A stretch of 47,254 nucleotides of DNA from a bacterium (lineage in GTDB: Archaea > Thermoproteota > Bathyarchaeia > 40CM-2-53-6). Of the stretch, positions 34,266 to 42,656 are shown piece after piece. Both the position numbers and the translations under genes were made by a program. The notes under the pieces were generated by a model, which had not been told where the DNA came from, did not search any database, and was given only the letters and a program-made list of their open reading frames with translations. The DNA lies in contig JAJPJY010000091.1 of NCBI GenBank assembly GCA_021323995.1, forward strand, positions 1 to 47,254. The letters are read 5' to 3'. Position 1 is the first letter of the stretch. Every line of letters starts with the position of its first letter.

Positions 34266-34455
34266 CAACTCCAGAGATCGCGGCTCCAGTTTTCTTTGAG
34301 CCGCTCACACTCTTTCAGGAATCCAGGAATATCCTGGACTCTTGCCAGATATCCTGCTAAAGCCTAGGATACGATCCAGAGATAATGTAACTGATTGAGA
34401 ATTCTGGAAGTTACAGGATGCATATGTTGGGTGCGGCTTTGGGTATAGTCGTGGC

Positions 34456-34752
34456 TTGTGGGCAAGGTCCAGGCTACAACCCCAGAGCGAGAAACACTTG
34501 AGTCGGATAAATCGTTCCAAGGATACGCTACGGGACAAGATACTGCACGTTCTCTCCGGCGCTACCATACCCATGGACGTCGAGAATGTCAGGATCAAGT
34601 CGGGACTGAAGAACTGGGAAAGCACCAAAGCGTTGCTTCTCGAGCTCGTGGTGGAAGGAATCATCAGCGGACAAAAGACGACAAAATCTTGGGTTTTCTG
34701 GGTAGACCACACGGATACCCGGATGAGCATCGCGGGGAGAAACCACGCATGA
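34456..34752 (+). CDS. small winged-helix-like protein (start codon uncertain)
   Basis: 98 aa with DTLRDKILHVLSGATIPMDVENVRIKSGLKNWESTKALLLELVVEGIISGQKTTKSWVFW. The two overlapping ORFs in other frames have non-protein-like composition. Confidence 0.4.
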   Translation: MWARSRLQPQSEKHLSRINRSKDTLRDKILHVLSGATIPMDVENVRIKSGLKNWESTKALLLELVVEGIISGQKTTKSWVFWVDHTDTRMSIAGRNHA

Positions 34753-34894
34753 ACACGGCTCCTAGAAACTTCCACTCGATACCAACGGTACCAACGCGCA
34801 CATCAACGCCGTCTTCTCGATATGTCCCGGCTTGCACCCAAACTGGGGAACTAGCAGAGACAAGCCCACGGGAAACACGAAAGGAGTGAAAAAA

Positions 34895-35401
34895 ATGAGA
34901 AAAATAACAGGGAACAAGAAAGGCATCGACACAATACTCGCAGCACTGCTCATGGTCGTAATCGTCGTCGTCGCCGCAGTCATGGTCTACGCATGGTCAA
35001 CAGGACTACTCGGAACATTGCTCGTCAATCCTAACAACAACAAAGAAGGACCACTCGAGGCGGACAACTCTGCAATATGCGCCTCAAGCCAAACCTGCAA
35101 CTACCTAACGATCAACATAAGAAACGCTGGAACACTCGCAGTCACCCTCAACTCATACTATATTACTGACAGCAGCGGCAACCAATGGGCCAATACCGCA
35201 TACAACAATAATACATCAATAGCGCCGAACGCGGTCGCGGTATTCACTCTATACGTTGGCTCAGGCAAGGGTTGCACTTACTCCGGCGCCTCTTCAGGAA
35301 ACTTCTACAATAGCAACAACGGCGGATTCCCGAGCGGCTCCTACACACTCAAAGTAGTCACTGCCAGGAATAATCCATTCACCTTCACTGTTTCCAAGTA
35401 G
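34895..35401 (+). CDS. type IV pilin-like protein with class III signal peptide (paralog 1)
   Basis: 168 aa from ATG 34895, with GGAG 8-11 nt upstream. It starts MRKITGNKKG/IDTILAALLMVVIVVVAAVMVYAWSTGLLG. The body has the LTINIRNAGTLAVTLNSYYI beta motif and ends NNPFTFTVSK. Confidence 0.8.
   Translation: MRKITGNKKGIDTILAALLMVVIVVVAAVMVYAWSTGLLGTLLVNPNNNKEGPLEADNSAICASSQTCNYLTINIRNAGTLAVTLNSYYITDSSGNQWANTAYNNNTSIAPNAVAVFTLYVGSGKGCTYSGASSGNFYNSNNGGFPSGSYTLKVVTARNNPFTFTVSK
34937..34989. repeat. 53-nt perfect direct repeat, copy 1 (pilin TM-helix coding segment)
   Basis: ctcgcagcactgctcatggtcgtaatcgtcgtcgtcgccgcagtcatggtcta is identical to 35468-35520. Confidence 0.9.
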
Positions 35402-35416
35402 TTCGGTGATCAAGCG

Positions 35417-35962
35417 ATGATAAGCAAGCGAAATCTCAACCACAACAGAAAAGGCATCCAAACTATCCTCGCAGCACTGCTCATGGTCGTAATCGTCGTC
35501 GTCGCCGCAGTCATGGTCTATGCTTGGTCAACGGGACTTCTCGGAACTTTGCTTGTGAATCCTAACAATAACAAGGAGGGACCACTAACACTAGACACGA
35601 CTGGGACGTTTCCGAGCAACAACAACGTTACGCTCTACATTAGGAACAGCGGCACTCTCGGGGTTACTTTGACCTCGTTCTATGTCTATGACTCGTCTAA
35701 TGATATCTGGCAGGCTATCAGTTGGACTAACGGGCCGAGCATCAGTCCTAACGCGGTTGTTAGTGTGACAATGTCTGTTCCAACGACTCAGGGCGGCACT
35801 ACTTGCTATGCTAGTATTGCCGGCGCGGCCTATGCGAGCACTACCTGCAGCTATATTGCAGGCTCCGGAACATTCCAGTCTGGATTCTTCCAACCCGGCC
35901 AGTACACTGTCAAAGTGATCACTTCGCGCAACAACCCCTTCACCTTCACCGTGACAAAGTGA
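35417..35962 (+). CDS. type IV pilin-like protein with class III signal peptide (paralog 2)
   Basis: 181 aa. It starts ...NHNRKG/IQTILAALLMVVIVVVAAVMVYAWSTGLLGTLLVNPNNNKEGPL, has VTLYIRNSGTLGVTLTSFYV, and ends NNPFTFTVTK. Confidence 0.8.
   Translation: MISKRNLNHNRKGIQTILAALLMVVIVVVAAVMVYAWSTGLLGTLLVNPNNNKEGPLTLDTTGTFPSNNNVTLYIRNSGTLGVTLTSFYVYDSSNDIWQAISWTNGPSISPNAVVSVTMSVPTTQGGTTCYASIAGAAYASTTCSYIAGSGTFQSGFFQPGQYTVKVITSRNNPFTFTVTK
35468..35520. repeat. 53-nt perfect direct repeat, copy 2
   Basis: Identical to 34937-34989. The flanking codons differ mostly at synonymous positions. Confidence 0.9.
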
Positions 35963-36004
35963 GCAACCCATGTTGGCGTGTCGATATGCCTGGTCTGAAC
36001 TCCC

Positions 36005-36020
36005 CGGTTTTTAGAAACCG
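36005..36020 (+). terminator. candidate terminator/attenuator hairpin containing a T5 run (CGGTTT-TTAG-AAACCG)
   Basis: A 6-bp stem sits 43 nt after the stop of pilin paralog 2 and ahead of the downstream assembly genes. Archaeal termination typically uses oligo-T tracts. Confidence 0.3.
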
Positions 36021-36062
36021 TATCTGAACAAGAAAAAAAGAATAGGAGAAAGAGGAAAAGAA

Positions 36063-36602
36063 ATGGGCCTAGTAAGATGGGCAAAGAAAACACTCGATAG
36101 AAACCGTAGGTCACGGAGCGCCATCAGTACCATAATGGCAAACCTGACCATGCTAATCATAGTCGTAGTCCTAAGTTCAATATTATTCGTCTGGGCGATA
36201 TCCAGCTTCGGCGCCTACCAAGGCGGAGCAGGATACTGGTTCTCGAGCAGAAGCCTCGCCAACCAGGAGAGATTATCGATTGAAGGAGCATACTTCTACA
36301 CTTCAGGCGGCACAAACTACGCGCTAATCTATGTCCGAAACGTAGGAACCATTCCATTCACAATCGCGTCTGTCTACCTCAACCAGACACTCTACCAATG
36401 GACCCCACTCTTACAGTACAACGTATCCCAGGTCTATCCAGTAGGCCTGATTCCCTCTCAAGTCCCCGCTTACAACGCGAATCCGGGAACCTACTCGGGA
36501 CTCTGCATGACATGCGCTCCACAAACATTGTCACATGGACTGTGGACCGTAACAGTTGCGACCCAACGTGGCACCGTCATTAGCACAACAGTGGTGTACT
36601 AA
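36063..36602 (+). CDS. pilin-like/ArlF-G-like protein with an N-terminal hydrophobic class III-type segment
   Basis: 179 aa. It has RRSRSAISTIMANLTMLIIVVVLSSILFVWAISSF, then ALIYVRNVGTIPFTIASVYL, the same beta motif as the pilins. Confidence 0.6.
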   Translation: MGLVRWAKKTLDRNRRSRSAISTIMANLTMLIIVVVLSSILFVWAISSFGAYQGGAGYWFSSRSLANQERLSIEGAYFYTSGGTNYALIYVRNVGTIPFTIASVYLNQTLYQWTPLLQYNVSQVYPVGLIPSQVPAYNANPGTYSGLCMTCAPQTLSHGLWTVTVATQRGTVISTTVVY

Positions 36603-36603
36603 G

Positions 36604-37665
36604 ATGAGCCTCTACAGACGAGTCGCCAGATCCAAGAAAGGCATGAGCACAGTCTTCGGAGGACTATTCTTCGTCATACTCATCCTCATGGGGTTCAACG
36701 TAATGCTCTGGGGCTTCGTACAATGGGACGCCTACAACCGGGTCATTGCCAACATGAGCCAACGCGACCAACAAGCAATCTCCGAAAACATAGTTCCTGT
36801 CAACGCCACGTGCAACGCCAGTTGCAAGGCAGGCTCTGGGACCCTTAGCATCTGGGTAAACAATCTAGGAGGTTCGTCCGTCACAATCAACACGGTGTAC
36901 CTGTTCAATGTAAATGGAACAGGAATATGTCAACCCGCTCCGTGCATCGCCAGTCCCGCTTCAGGGTCCGGGAATATTGCGGCTGGATCAGTCAACTACC
37001 CAATCCAGGTCAACAATATTGCGATTGGCAGTTACAGCTACCACATAATACTAGCCTCAAGTCGAGGAAGACTGTTTAGCCTGTTCTATCCATGGCGATT
37101 CAATAGTCTTACAATTAACCAGAACGGTGGTGGCAATTTCGTCACAAACATCGGCCCCTTAGCAATTTATTTCGACACCAAGTCCTTCAACTATACACAG
37201 GGCAGTCAGACAGTCTCTCAGTCAGCATTCTGCATGCCCGCTGGTACCTCAGTAATTCTCTATCTAAGAATTGCCAATACTGCAACTGATAGCAACGTTA
37301 CTCTGCTGACTCAGACAGGTATGCAGGCGCAAGCTTATGGTGTGAACGGTTTCGGACAGTTCTCCCACGCCTGGATCGAGGCCAGCAACACAATCAATCC
37401 CACTACCAACTTCCCGTATGTTTACCCCAGCGCGACCGATTATGTTCTTCAACCTGCGGGTGCTAATGGTCCCGGACCATCGAGTTTCGCGATCGTCAAG
37501 ATTGGAGCGACTAGCCCAGGCGCTTCAGGATCAGTATCTTTCGGCAACTCGGACGTGAGCTGGATAACTTTCATCGGGCTATACTACTATTACAAGGGGC
37601 AGGTTCAGGGTCAGACCATTCCGTTCATGGACTTCGTAACGAACGCCCCGAACTGTCTTCAATGA
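36604..37665 (+). CDS. large pilin-like protein with class III-type signal peptide
   Basis: 353 aa from ATG 36604, which overlaps the upstream stop region. It starts MSLYRRVARSKKG/MSTVFGGLFFVILILMGFNVMLWGF and has GTLSIWVNNLGGSSVTINTVYLF. Confidence 0.6.
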   Translation: MSLYRRVARSKKGMSTVFGGLFFVILILMGFNVMLWGFVQWDAYNRVIANMSQRDQQAISENIVPVNATCNASCKAGSGTLSIWVNNLGGSSVTINTVYLFNVNGTGICQPAPCIASPASGSGNIAAGSVNYPIQVNNIAIGSYSYHIILASSRGRLFSLFYPWRFNSLTINQNGGGNFVTNIGPLAIYFDTKSFNYTQGSQTVSQSAFCMPAGTSVILYLRIANTATDSNVTLLTQTGMQAQAYGVNGFGQFSHAWIEASNTINPTTNFPYVYPSATDYVLQPAGANGPGPSSFAIVKIGATSPGASGSVSFGNSDVSWITFIGLYYYYKGQVQGQTIPFMDFVTNAPNCLQ

Positions 37666-37684
37666 GTGTTGAGATGGATGCCTC

Positions 37685-38725
37685 TTGAGCTACGAGGATC
37701 AAAACCAGCCCTACAGTAATGACCCATACAACTATCAGGACTCTTCTCAATACGACACCTCCCAGCAACCGCAAGACCAAGGATATGGGCCTCAGGACAA
37801 TTATCAGGGCCAGGGTTACGACAATTCACAATACCAGGCGCCTCAGCCCTCTGAACAGAGGCCAAGTCAGAATCTTCAACAGCTCCAGAGAATACAGTCA
37901 GGCATTCCCGGTTTCGATCAGATCGTCGGAGGTGGGCTGATCCGTGACAGGGTCTATCTTCTCGCGGGACCTGCAGGAGCAGGTAAGACGATTTTCTCTT
38001 CCGAGTTCATCTGGAACGGACTGACAAAATTCAACGAAAACGGTGTCTATGTCGTTCTAGAAGAGACTCCGCAGCAGCTTCGCGAGAACCTGTTCAACAG
38101 TTTCAACTGGAATATTGCCAACTACGAAGATTCGGGAAACCTGATCATTCTGGACGCGATTTCAAGCCGCCTCGGTCTTGCCAGTCAAGAAAGATTCGTC
38201 GTTCCCAGGCCTTTCACTCTAGAAGCGCTCCTCTACGAGATACAAACGGCTATCCAGGCTTGCCAGGCTCGGCGTGTTGTGATCGACTCGCTCGACGCAA
38301 TGAGTCTCGAACTAACACAAGTTGATCTTCGGAGTCTCATACAGCGGCTGACTATGATTCTCAAATCTTTCGGCTGCACAACGCTACTGGTCAGCGGCCA
38401 AGCGGACAACACCAACCAAGGAAGAAAGGCCGTGGAAGAATACGTTGTTGATGGGATGATCCGGTTACACCACACTCTTGAGGAAAGTGTCAGTGGTGAG
38501 ACTACGTTGGAGCAGAATGCTTTGCAGGGCAACTCGCTTGAGGAAGACTCGTTTGCAATGAAAATGCGGTCTCGAAAAATCGAGATTCCGAAGATGAGAG
38601 GAACGTCTCACTCCCATTACCTTCACCCATTCACCATTGGAGAGCAAGGGATCGAAGTGAAGTCTGAGCCCGAAGTTACGAAGCGTTTGAGGAGAGCCAT
38701 ATTCAAGGCGAAACAAGTTGATTAG
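37685..38725 (+). CDS. KaiC-like (RecA-superfamily) ATPase with a ~68-aa Q/N/Y-rich N-terminal extension
   Basis: 346 aa with a TTG start. The KaiC-type entry motif is SGIPGFDQIVGGGLIRDRVYLLAGPAGAGKT (Walker A) and Walker B is RVVIDSLDA. No other ATG/GTG/TTG is in frame between 37685 and the conserved motif. Confidence 0.85.
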   Translation: MSYEDQNQPYSNDPYNYQDSSQYDTSQQPQDQGYGPQDNYQGQGYDNSQYQAPQPSEQRPSQNLQQLQRIQSGIPGFDQIVGGGLIRDRVYLLAGPAGAGKTIFSSEFIWNGLTKFNENGVYVVLEETPQQLRENLFNSFNWNIANYEDSGNLIILDAISSRLGLASQERFVVPRPFTLEALLYEIQTAIQACQARRVVIDSLDAMSLELTQVDLRSLIQRLTMILKSFGCTTLLVSGQADNTNQGRKAVEEYVVDGMIRLHHTLEESVSGETTLEQNALQGNSLEEDSFAMKMRSRKIEIPKMRGTSHSHYLHPFTIGEQGIEVKSEPEVTKRLRRAIFKAKQVD

Positions 38726-39500
38726 TCGAAACAGAGCCAACAGGCAACTGCGAATCCGGACCGGCATGGGCGGCCTCGACGAAAAGCTAGGCGGAGGCAT
38801 TCCCTCCGGTAGTTCCGTACTCCTGATCAGCAACGAGGAAGGACCTGTCCGATTATTCTGTCAACAGATCGCGTTCTTGTTAGCCAACGAGGGCCATCGA
38901 ATTCTCTACTTCACGATCGTCCGAGAGCCCAGCTACATCCGCGAGGAGATGATGGTGTACGACTGGGATACCAGTGAAATGGAGCGGGGGAGACAGTGGA
39001 CCTTTATCGACGCGTACAGTCCAAGAGTGCAGGCGCTCCAACAGGGGGGTCCAACCCAGCAACCAATGGGCCTACTCGGACCTGGTATGATGAACGCAGG
39101 CTCAAGGGTTCTAGGCTCAGACCTCTTTGTGACGCTACGGAGAGACATACTGTCACAACTGGATGAGGGAGACATAGTGATAATCGACTCGCTTTCAGAT
39201 CTGCTCGTCACTCACGAGACCAGTTCCGTCCGAGAACTCTTGGAGATCCTAGGAAACCAAGTCCGGAACAGAAACGGTCTCGTCTTCATGCCGATACTTT
39301 CCGCTATGCATGATTCAAAAACGGTAGCGGAGATTTCCCACCTCTCAGACGTAGTCGTAGAATTCGAACTCGAATCAGAACACTTGGAGGGCAAACTGCG
39401 CTTCTACAAGATGCGCCGATCGCAGCTTCGCCCGTTACTCTTGCCCTTCTCCATCACGGACAGAGGGGTTATGGCCGAGACGTTTGGCAGAGTGATCTAA
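38718..39500 (+). CDS. KaiC-like paralog lacking Walker A (predicted pseudo-ATPase)
   Basis: 260 aa with a TTG start and an 8-nt overlap with the upstream gene. It reads IRTGMGGLDEKLGGGIPSGSSVLLISNEEGPVRLF, where GxxGxGKT is expected. A DIVIIDSLSDL Walker-B-like strand is retained. Confidence 0.7.
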   Translation: MISRNRANRQLRIRTGMGGLDEKLGGGIPSGSSVLLISNEEGPVRLFCQQIAFLLANEGHRILYFTIVREPSYIREEMMVYDWDTSEMERGRQWTFIDAYSPRVQALQQGGPTQQPMGLLGPGMMNAGSRVLGSDLFVTLRRDILSQLDEGDIVIIDSLSDLLVTHETSSVRELLEILGNQVRNRNGLVFMPILSAMHDSKTVAEISHLSDVVVEFELESEHLEGKLRFYKMRRSQLRPLLLPFSITDRGVMAETFGRVI

Positions 39501-39505
39501 TAATC

Positions 39506-41122
39506 ATGTCTAAGACTCAGAAACCTGGCGAGAAGAGCGACAAGATCGACAACATAGTCGGCATGCTGATGGAATACGAACGCATGACGATTGACCTAAT
39601 GAAGAAGGCGACCGACACCCCAATACTAGACCAGTATGATCTTAACGCGCCCTATGCTAAAGCCCGCATAGTCAAAGAAGAAGGACAGACAAAGTATCAG
39701 ATCGCCGAGGTACAACTCAGCGAGGATGAAAGAAAGAAGCTCAAAGAGATTGGAGAGCTTCTGATCGAAGAGCTCGACGTCGACATCAAGAAGCTAGGAA
39801 CTAACGAAAACGCCGCGGCCTATATTAGAAAACTCGTCGAGAAGATTATCAGGAATTACAAGATCAAAGTAACACCCGACGCCCTCGACCGGCTGATGTA
39901 CTATATCGTCCGGGATTTTGTTCACTTCGACAAGATAGACCCGATGATGAGGGACCCATGGATCGAAGACATATCGTGCAACGGATTCGGAATACCCATC
40001 TACATCTGGCACCGAAAATACGAGTCAATACCCACCAACGTAATCTTCCAGACAAGCGAAGAACTCGACAAGTTCATCCTCAAACTAAGCTACATGTCCG
40101 GACGAGCCATATCGATCGCACAACCCGTCCTTGACGCAACCCTACCTGACGGGAGCAGAGTCCAGATGACCTACGAGAAAGAGGTCACCAGACGCGGATC
40201 CACATTCACAATACGAAAGTTCAGAGAGAGACCTCTCACAGTCAGCGACCTAGTAATCTACAACACCCTCGGCGCAGAAATTGCCGCATGGTTCTGGTAC
40301 ATCATAGAAAAACAAGCATCAGTCATACTCGTCGGAGGAACCGCCTCCGGAAAGACAACCACCATCAACACCCTAGCCATGTTCATCAAACCCAACGCAA
40401 AGATCGTCTCGATCGAAGACACGTCCGAAATTCAACTGCCCCATGAGAACTGGTTGTCCTCAGTCGTTAGAGCAGGCTTCGGAGTCACCGGAGAAGTCTC
40501 CGAAATCACTCTCTTCGACTTGCTCAAGAACGCCATGAGACAGAGGCCAGAATACATCATAGTCGGAGAGGTCAGAGGTTCAGAAGCATACACACTGATG
40601 CAGGCAATAGCCACCGGTCACGGAGGCTTAGCAACGCTCCACGCAGACTCGGCAGAGGCAGCCATCCACCGACTCGAAAGCGAGCCCATGAACATACCCA
40701 GGCCCCTAATCCCGACGATCGATGTGATCGCTGTCCAGACCCGAGTCCAAGTCGGCGAAAAGAGCGTCCGACGCATGGTCGACGTAGCCGAGGTAGTCGG
40801 GCTCGATCCGACCACCAAAGACGTGCTGACCAATGATGTCTTCAAGTGGAACCCGAAGAGCGACACGTACGTCTTCTACGGACGAAGCTATGTCCTAGAG
40901 AACATAATGAAACGCAACGGCTACAAGCACGAAGAAGTGATGGAGGAACTCAACAACCGACGCATGGTAATCGAATGGATGGTCCGCAACAACGTCCGCG
41001 ACTTCAAAGATGTCGTAGAGGTCATCCGAGCCTACTACCTGAACCCACAGCAGCTACTCGACCGGGTCAAGCGGGAAAAGATGGTAGAACCGACTAGTCA
41101 AGGAGCCCCTCCCAAACAATGA
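39506..41122 (+). CDS. FlaI/ArlI-PilB-type type IV filament assembly ATPase (VirB11-like superfamily)
   Basis: 538 aa. It has RGSTFTIRKF, Walker A LVGGTASGKTTT, Walker B/Asp box RPEYIIVGEVRGSEA, and His box ATGHGGLATLHA. Confidence 0.92.
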   Translation: MSKTQKPGEKSDKIDNIVGMLMEYERMTIDLMKKATDTPILDQYDLNAPYAKARIVKEEGQTKYQIAEVQLSEDERKKLKEIGELLIEELDVDIKKLGTNENAAAYIRKLVEKIIRNYKIKVTPDALDRLMYYIVRDFVHFDKIDPMMRDPWIEDISCNGFGIPIYIWHRKYESIPTNVIFQTSEELDKFILKLSYMSGRAISIAQPVLDATLPDGSRVQMTYEKEVTRRGSTFTIRKFRERPLTVSDLVIYNTLGAEIAAWFWYIIEKQASVILVGGTASGKTTTINTLAMFIKPNAKIVSIEDTSEIQLPHENWLSSVVRAGFGVTGEVSEITLFDLLKNAMRQRPEYIIVGEVRGSEAYTLMQAIATGHGGLATLHADSAEAAIHRLESEPMNIPRPLIPTIDVIAVQTRVQVGEKSVRRMVDVAEVVGLDPTTKDVLTNDVFKWNPKSDTYVFYGRSYVLENIMKRNGYKHEEVMEELNNRRMVIEWMVRNNVRDFKDVVEVIRAYYLNPQQLLDRVKREKMVEPTSQGAPPKQ

Positions 41123-42645
41123 GCCTCCTCGACCCGATAGTTCCATTCCTGGGCCCTCTTGGCCCCGCCCTGGCTGTAAGCGACACCGTTGTCATAGGTC
41201 TGGCAATATTCGGTCTAGCCTGTCTCGCACTGTACAAAGTGAAAGCCGACATTTTCGAGACCAGCAAGAGCTGGGTCGGAGCGACCGTCGTCCTATCATT
41301 CGTCACCATTCTCTTCCGCGGAATGTCATACATCTGCAACTGTGCCTGGTATTTCGACACCAACGGAAACCCCACGGCCCTCGTCCCAGTAACCTATTTG
41401 CTGATTACCGGATCCTTCTTCGCAATCATCTACAACTTCAACATACCCACGCTGAAGAAACACAAGTGGCTCATCAGCATTCCATTGTCTGTAGGACTCT
41501 CAATCGCGTCAAGCCTGTTTCTGCCTCTATCTGAAAACTTCAACGCGACTCTCACACCAGTTGTGCCGACGCCACTAATCTTCATCGAAATTATCGCTCT
41601 CGCTCCTCTTGGAGCTATCTATAGCAACTTCGTCTATGAAAGAGCAGTGCTGCACATGGGCGACTACAGAGCCAGACTCCAACGATTCCTCGCCCAAGGA
41701 GAAAAGAACAAGAAGGCTGGAGCAGAGCTTCCCCCGGAGAAGGAGGGCTTCAGCTACTTCACATACGCTCTACTTGGACGCAAACTAGGCAAAGTCTACC
41801 AGATGTTCAACGGGCTAAAACAGGTCTTGAGCCTAGCGGGAATGAAGATCGGCTACAAGGCATACGTAAGCTCAATCGTTTTCGCGGCACTGGTAGGAGG
41901 CGGAATCAGTTTCCCCGTCTGGTTCCTGCTGTTCTCGCTAGGATTAGGAAGCGCACTGGGACTAAGCGGATTCAGCATATTCGCAATACTGGGAACTCTT
42001 GTCTTCTCAATCATAATGGCAGTTGTCACGGGCCTCGCGATTCTGGGCTTCGGATACATGATGCCCCTGATGAAAGTCGGATCGCGAAGACAGCACCTAG
42101 ACACTTTCCTGCCATTCACTTCCAGCTACATGACTGTCCTAGCTTCAGCCGGAGTGACACCGGAGAGGATCCTAAGATCTACCGCAGAGAAGGATCCAAA
42201 GTTCATGCTCTCAGACGAGATCGCGAACGTAGTCGGACGAATAGACTTACTAGGATACGATGTGCTTAACGCGCTGAACGCAGAAGTCGACAGATCACCC
42301 TCAACAAACTATCAGGATCTCCTACGAGGATTCGCCGGAGTAATCCGAACCGGAGGTGACATGAAGAAGTTCTTCCAAGGCATCACTGACCACCTATTCC
42401 AGAAGAGATCTCTCCAAGTCCAAGCGTTTCTCGACTCGCTCGGAATCATTGCAGAGACATACGTGCTGATGCTCATCGCGTTCCCCTTGATGCTTGTAGT
42501 CATGCTCAGCATCATGGCATCCATCGGCGGAAGCCTCGGAGGAGTTGACGTGTTCTCGTTCATGTATCTCATGGCCTTCATACTCATACCCATCTGCGGA
42601 CTAATGTTCCTCTTCATACTCGACTCGATGCAGCCGAAAGGTTAG
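41119..42645 (+). CDS. polytopic platform protein, one T2SSF (FlaJ/TadB-C-like) domain preceded by an extra ~175-aa multi-TM N-terminal module
   Basis: 508 aa with an ATGA overlap with the ATPase gene. The cytoplasmic T2SSF-like domain reads LDTFLPFTSSYMTVLASAGVTPERILRSTAE...LLRGFAGVIRTGGDMKKFF and is flanked by TM helices. Confidence 0.75.
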   Translation: MSLLDPIVPFLGPLGPALAVSDTVVIGLAIFGLACLALYKVKADIFETSKSWVGATVVLSFVTILFRGMSYICNCAWYFDTNGNPTALVPVTYLLITGSFFAIIYNFNIPTLKKHKWLISIPLSVGLSIASSLFLPLSENFNATLTPVVPTPLIFIEIIALAPLGAIYSNFVYERAVLHMGDYRARLQRFLAQGEKNKKAGAELPPEKEGFSYFTYALLGRKLGKVYQMFNGLKQVLSLAGMKIGYKAYVSSIVFAALVGGGISFPVWFLLFSLGLGSALGLSGFSIFAILGTLVFSIIMAVVTGLAILGFGYMMPLMKVGSRRQHLDTFLPFTSSYMTVLASAGVTPERILRSTAEKDPKFMLSDEIANVVGRIDLLGYDVLNALNAEVDRSPSTNYQDLLRGFAGVIRTGGDMKKFFQGITDHLFQKRSLQVQAFLDSLGIIAETYVLMLIAFPLMLVVMLSIMASIGGSLGGVDVFSFMYLMAFILIPICGLMFLFILDSMQPKG

Positions 42646-42656
42646 GAGAACCAAAA

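Noticed and set aside
34329-34356. A direct repeat ATATCCTG spaced exactly 20 nt apart (CCAGGAATATCCTG / CCAGATATCCTG) between the TrmB gene and the pilin genes, as a possible operator.
   Set aside because: An 8-mer recurring within 30 nt is expected about 20 times by chance in this window. It is not reported as a feature without comparative support.
34305-34889. ORFs 34458..34889 (+, 143 aa) and 34305..34775 (-, 156 aa) overlapping the small wHTH gene.
   Set aside because: Both translate to R/S/P/T-rich, low-information sequence. The 34456..34752 frame gives an amphipathic wHTH-like protein instead.
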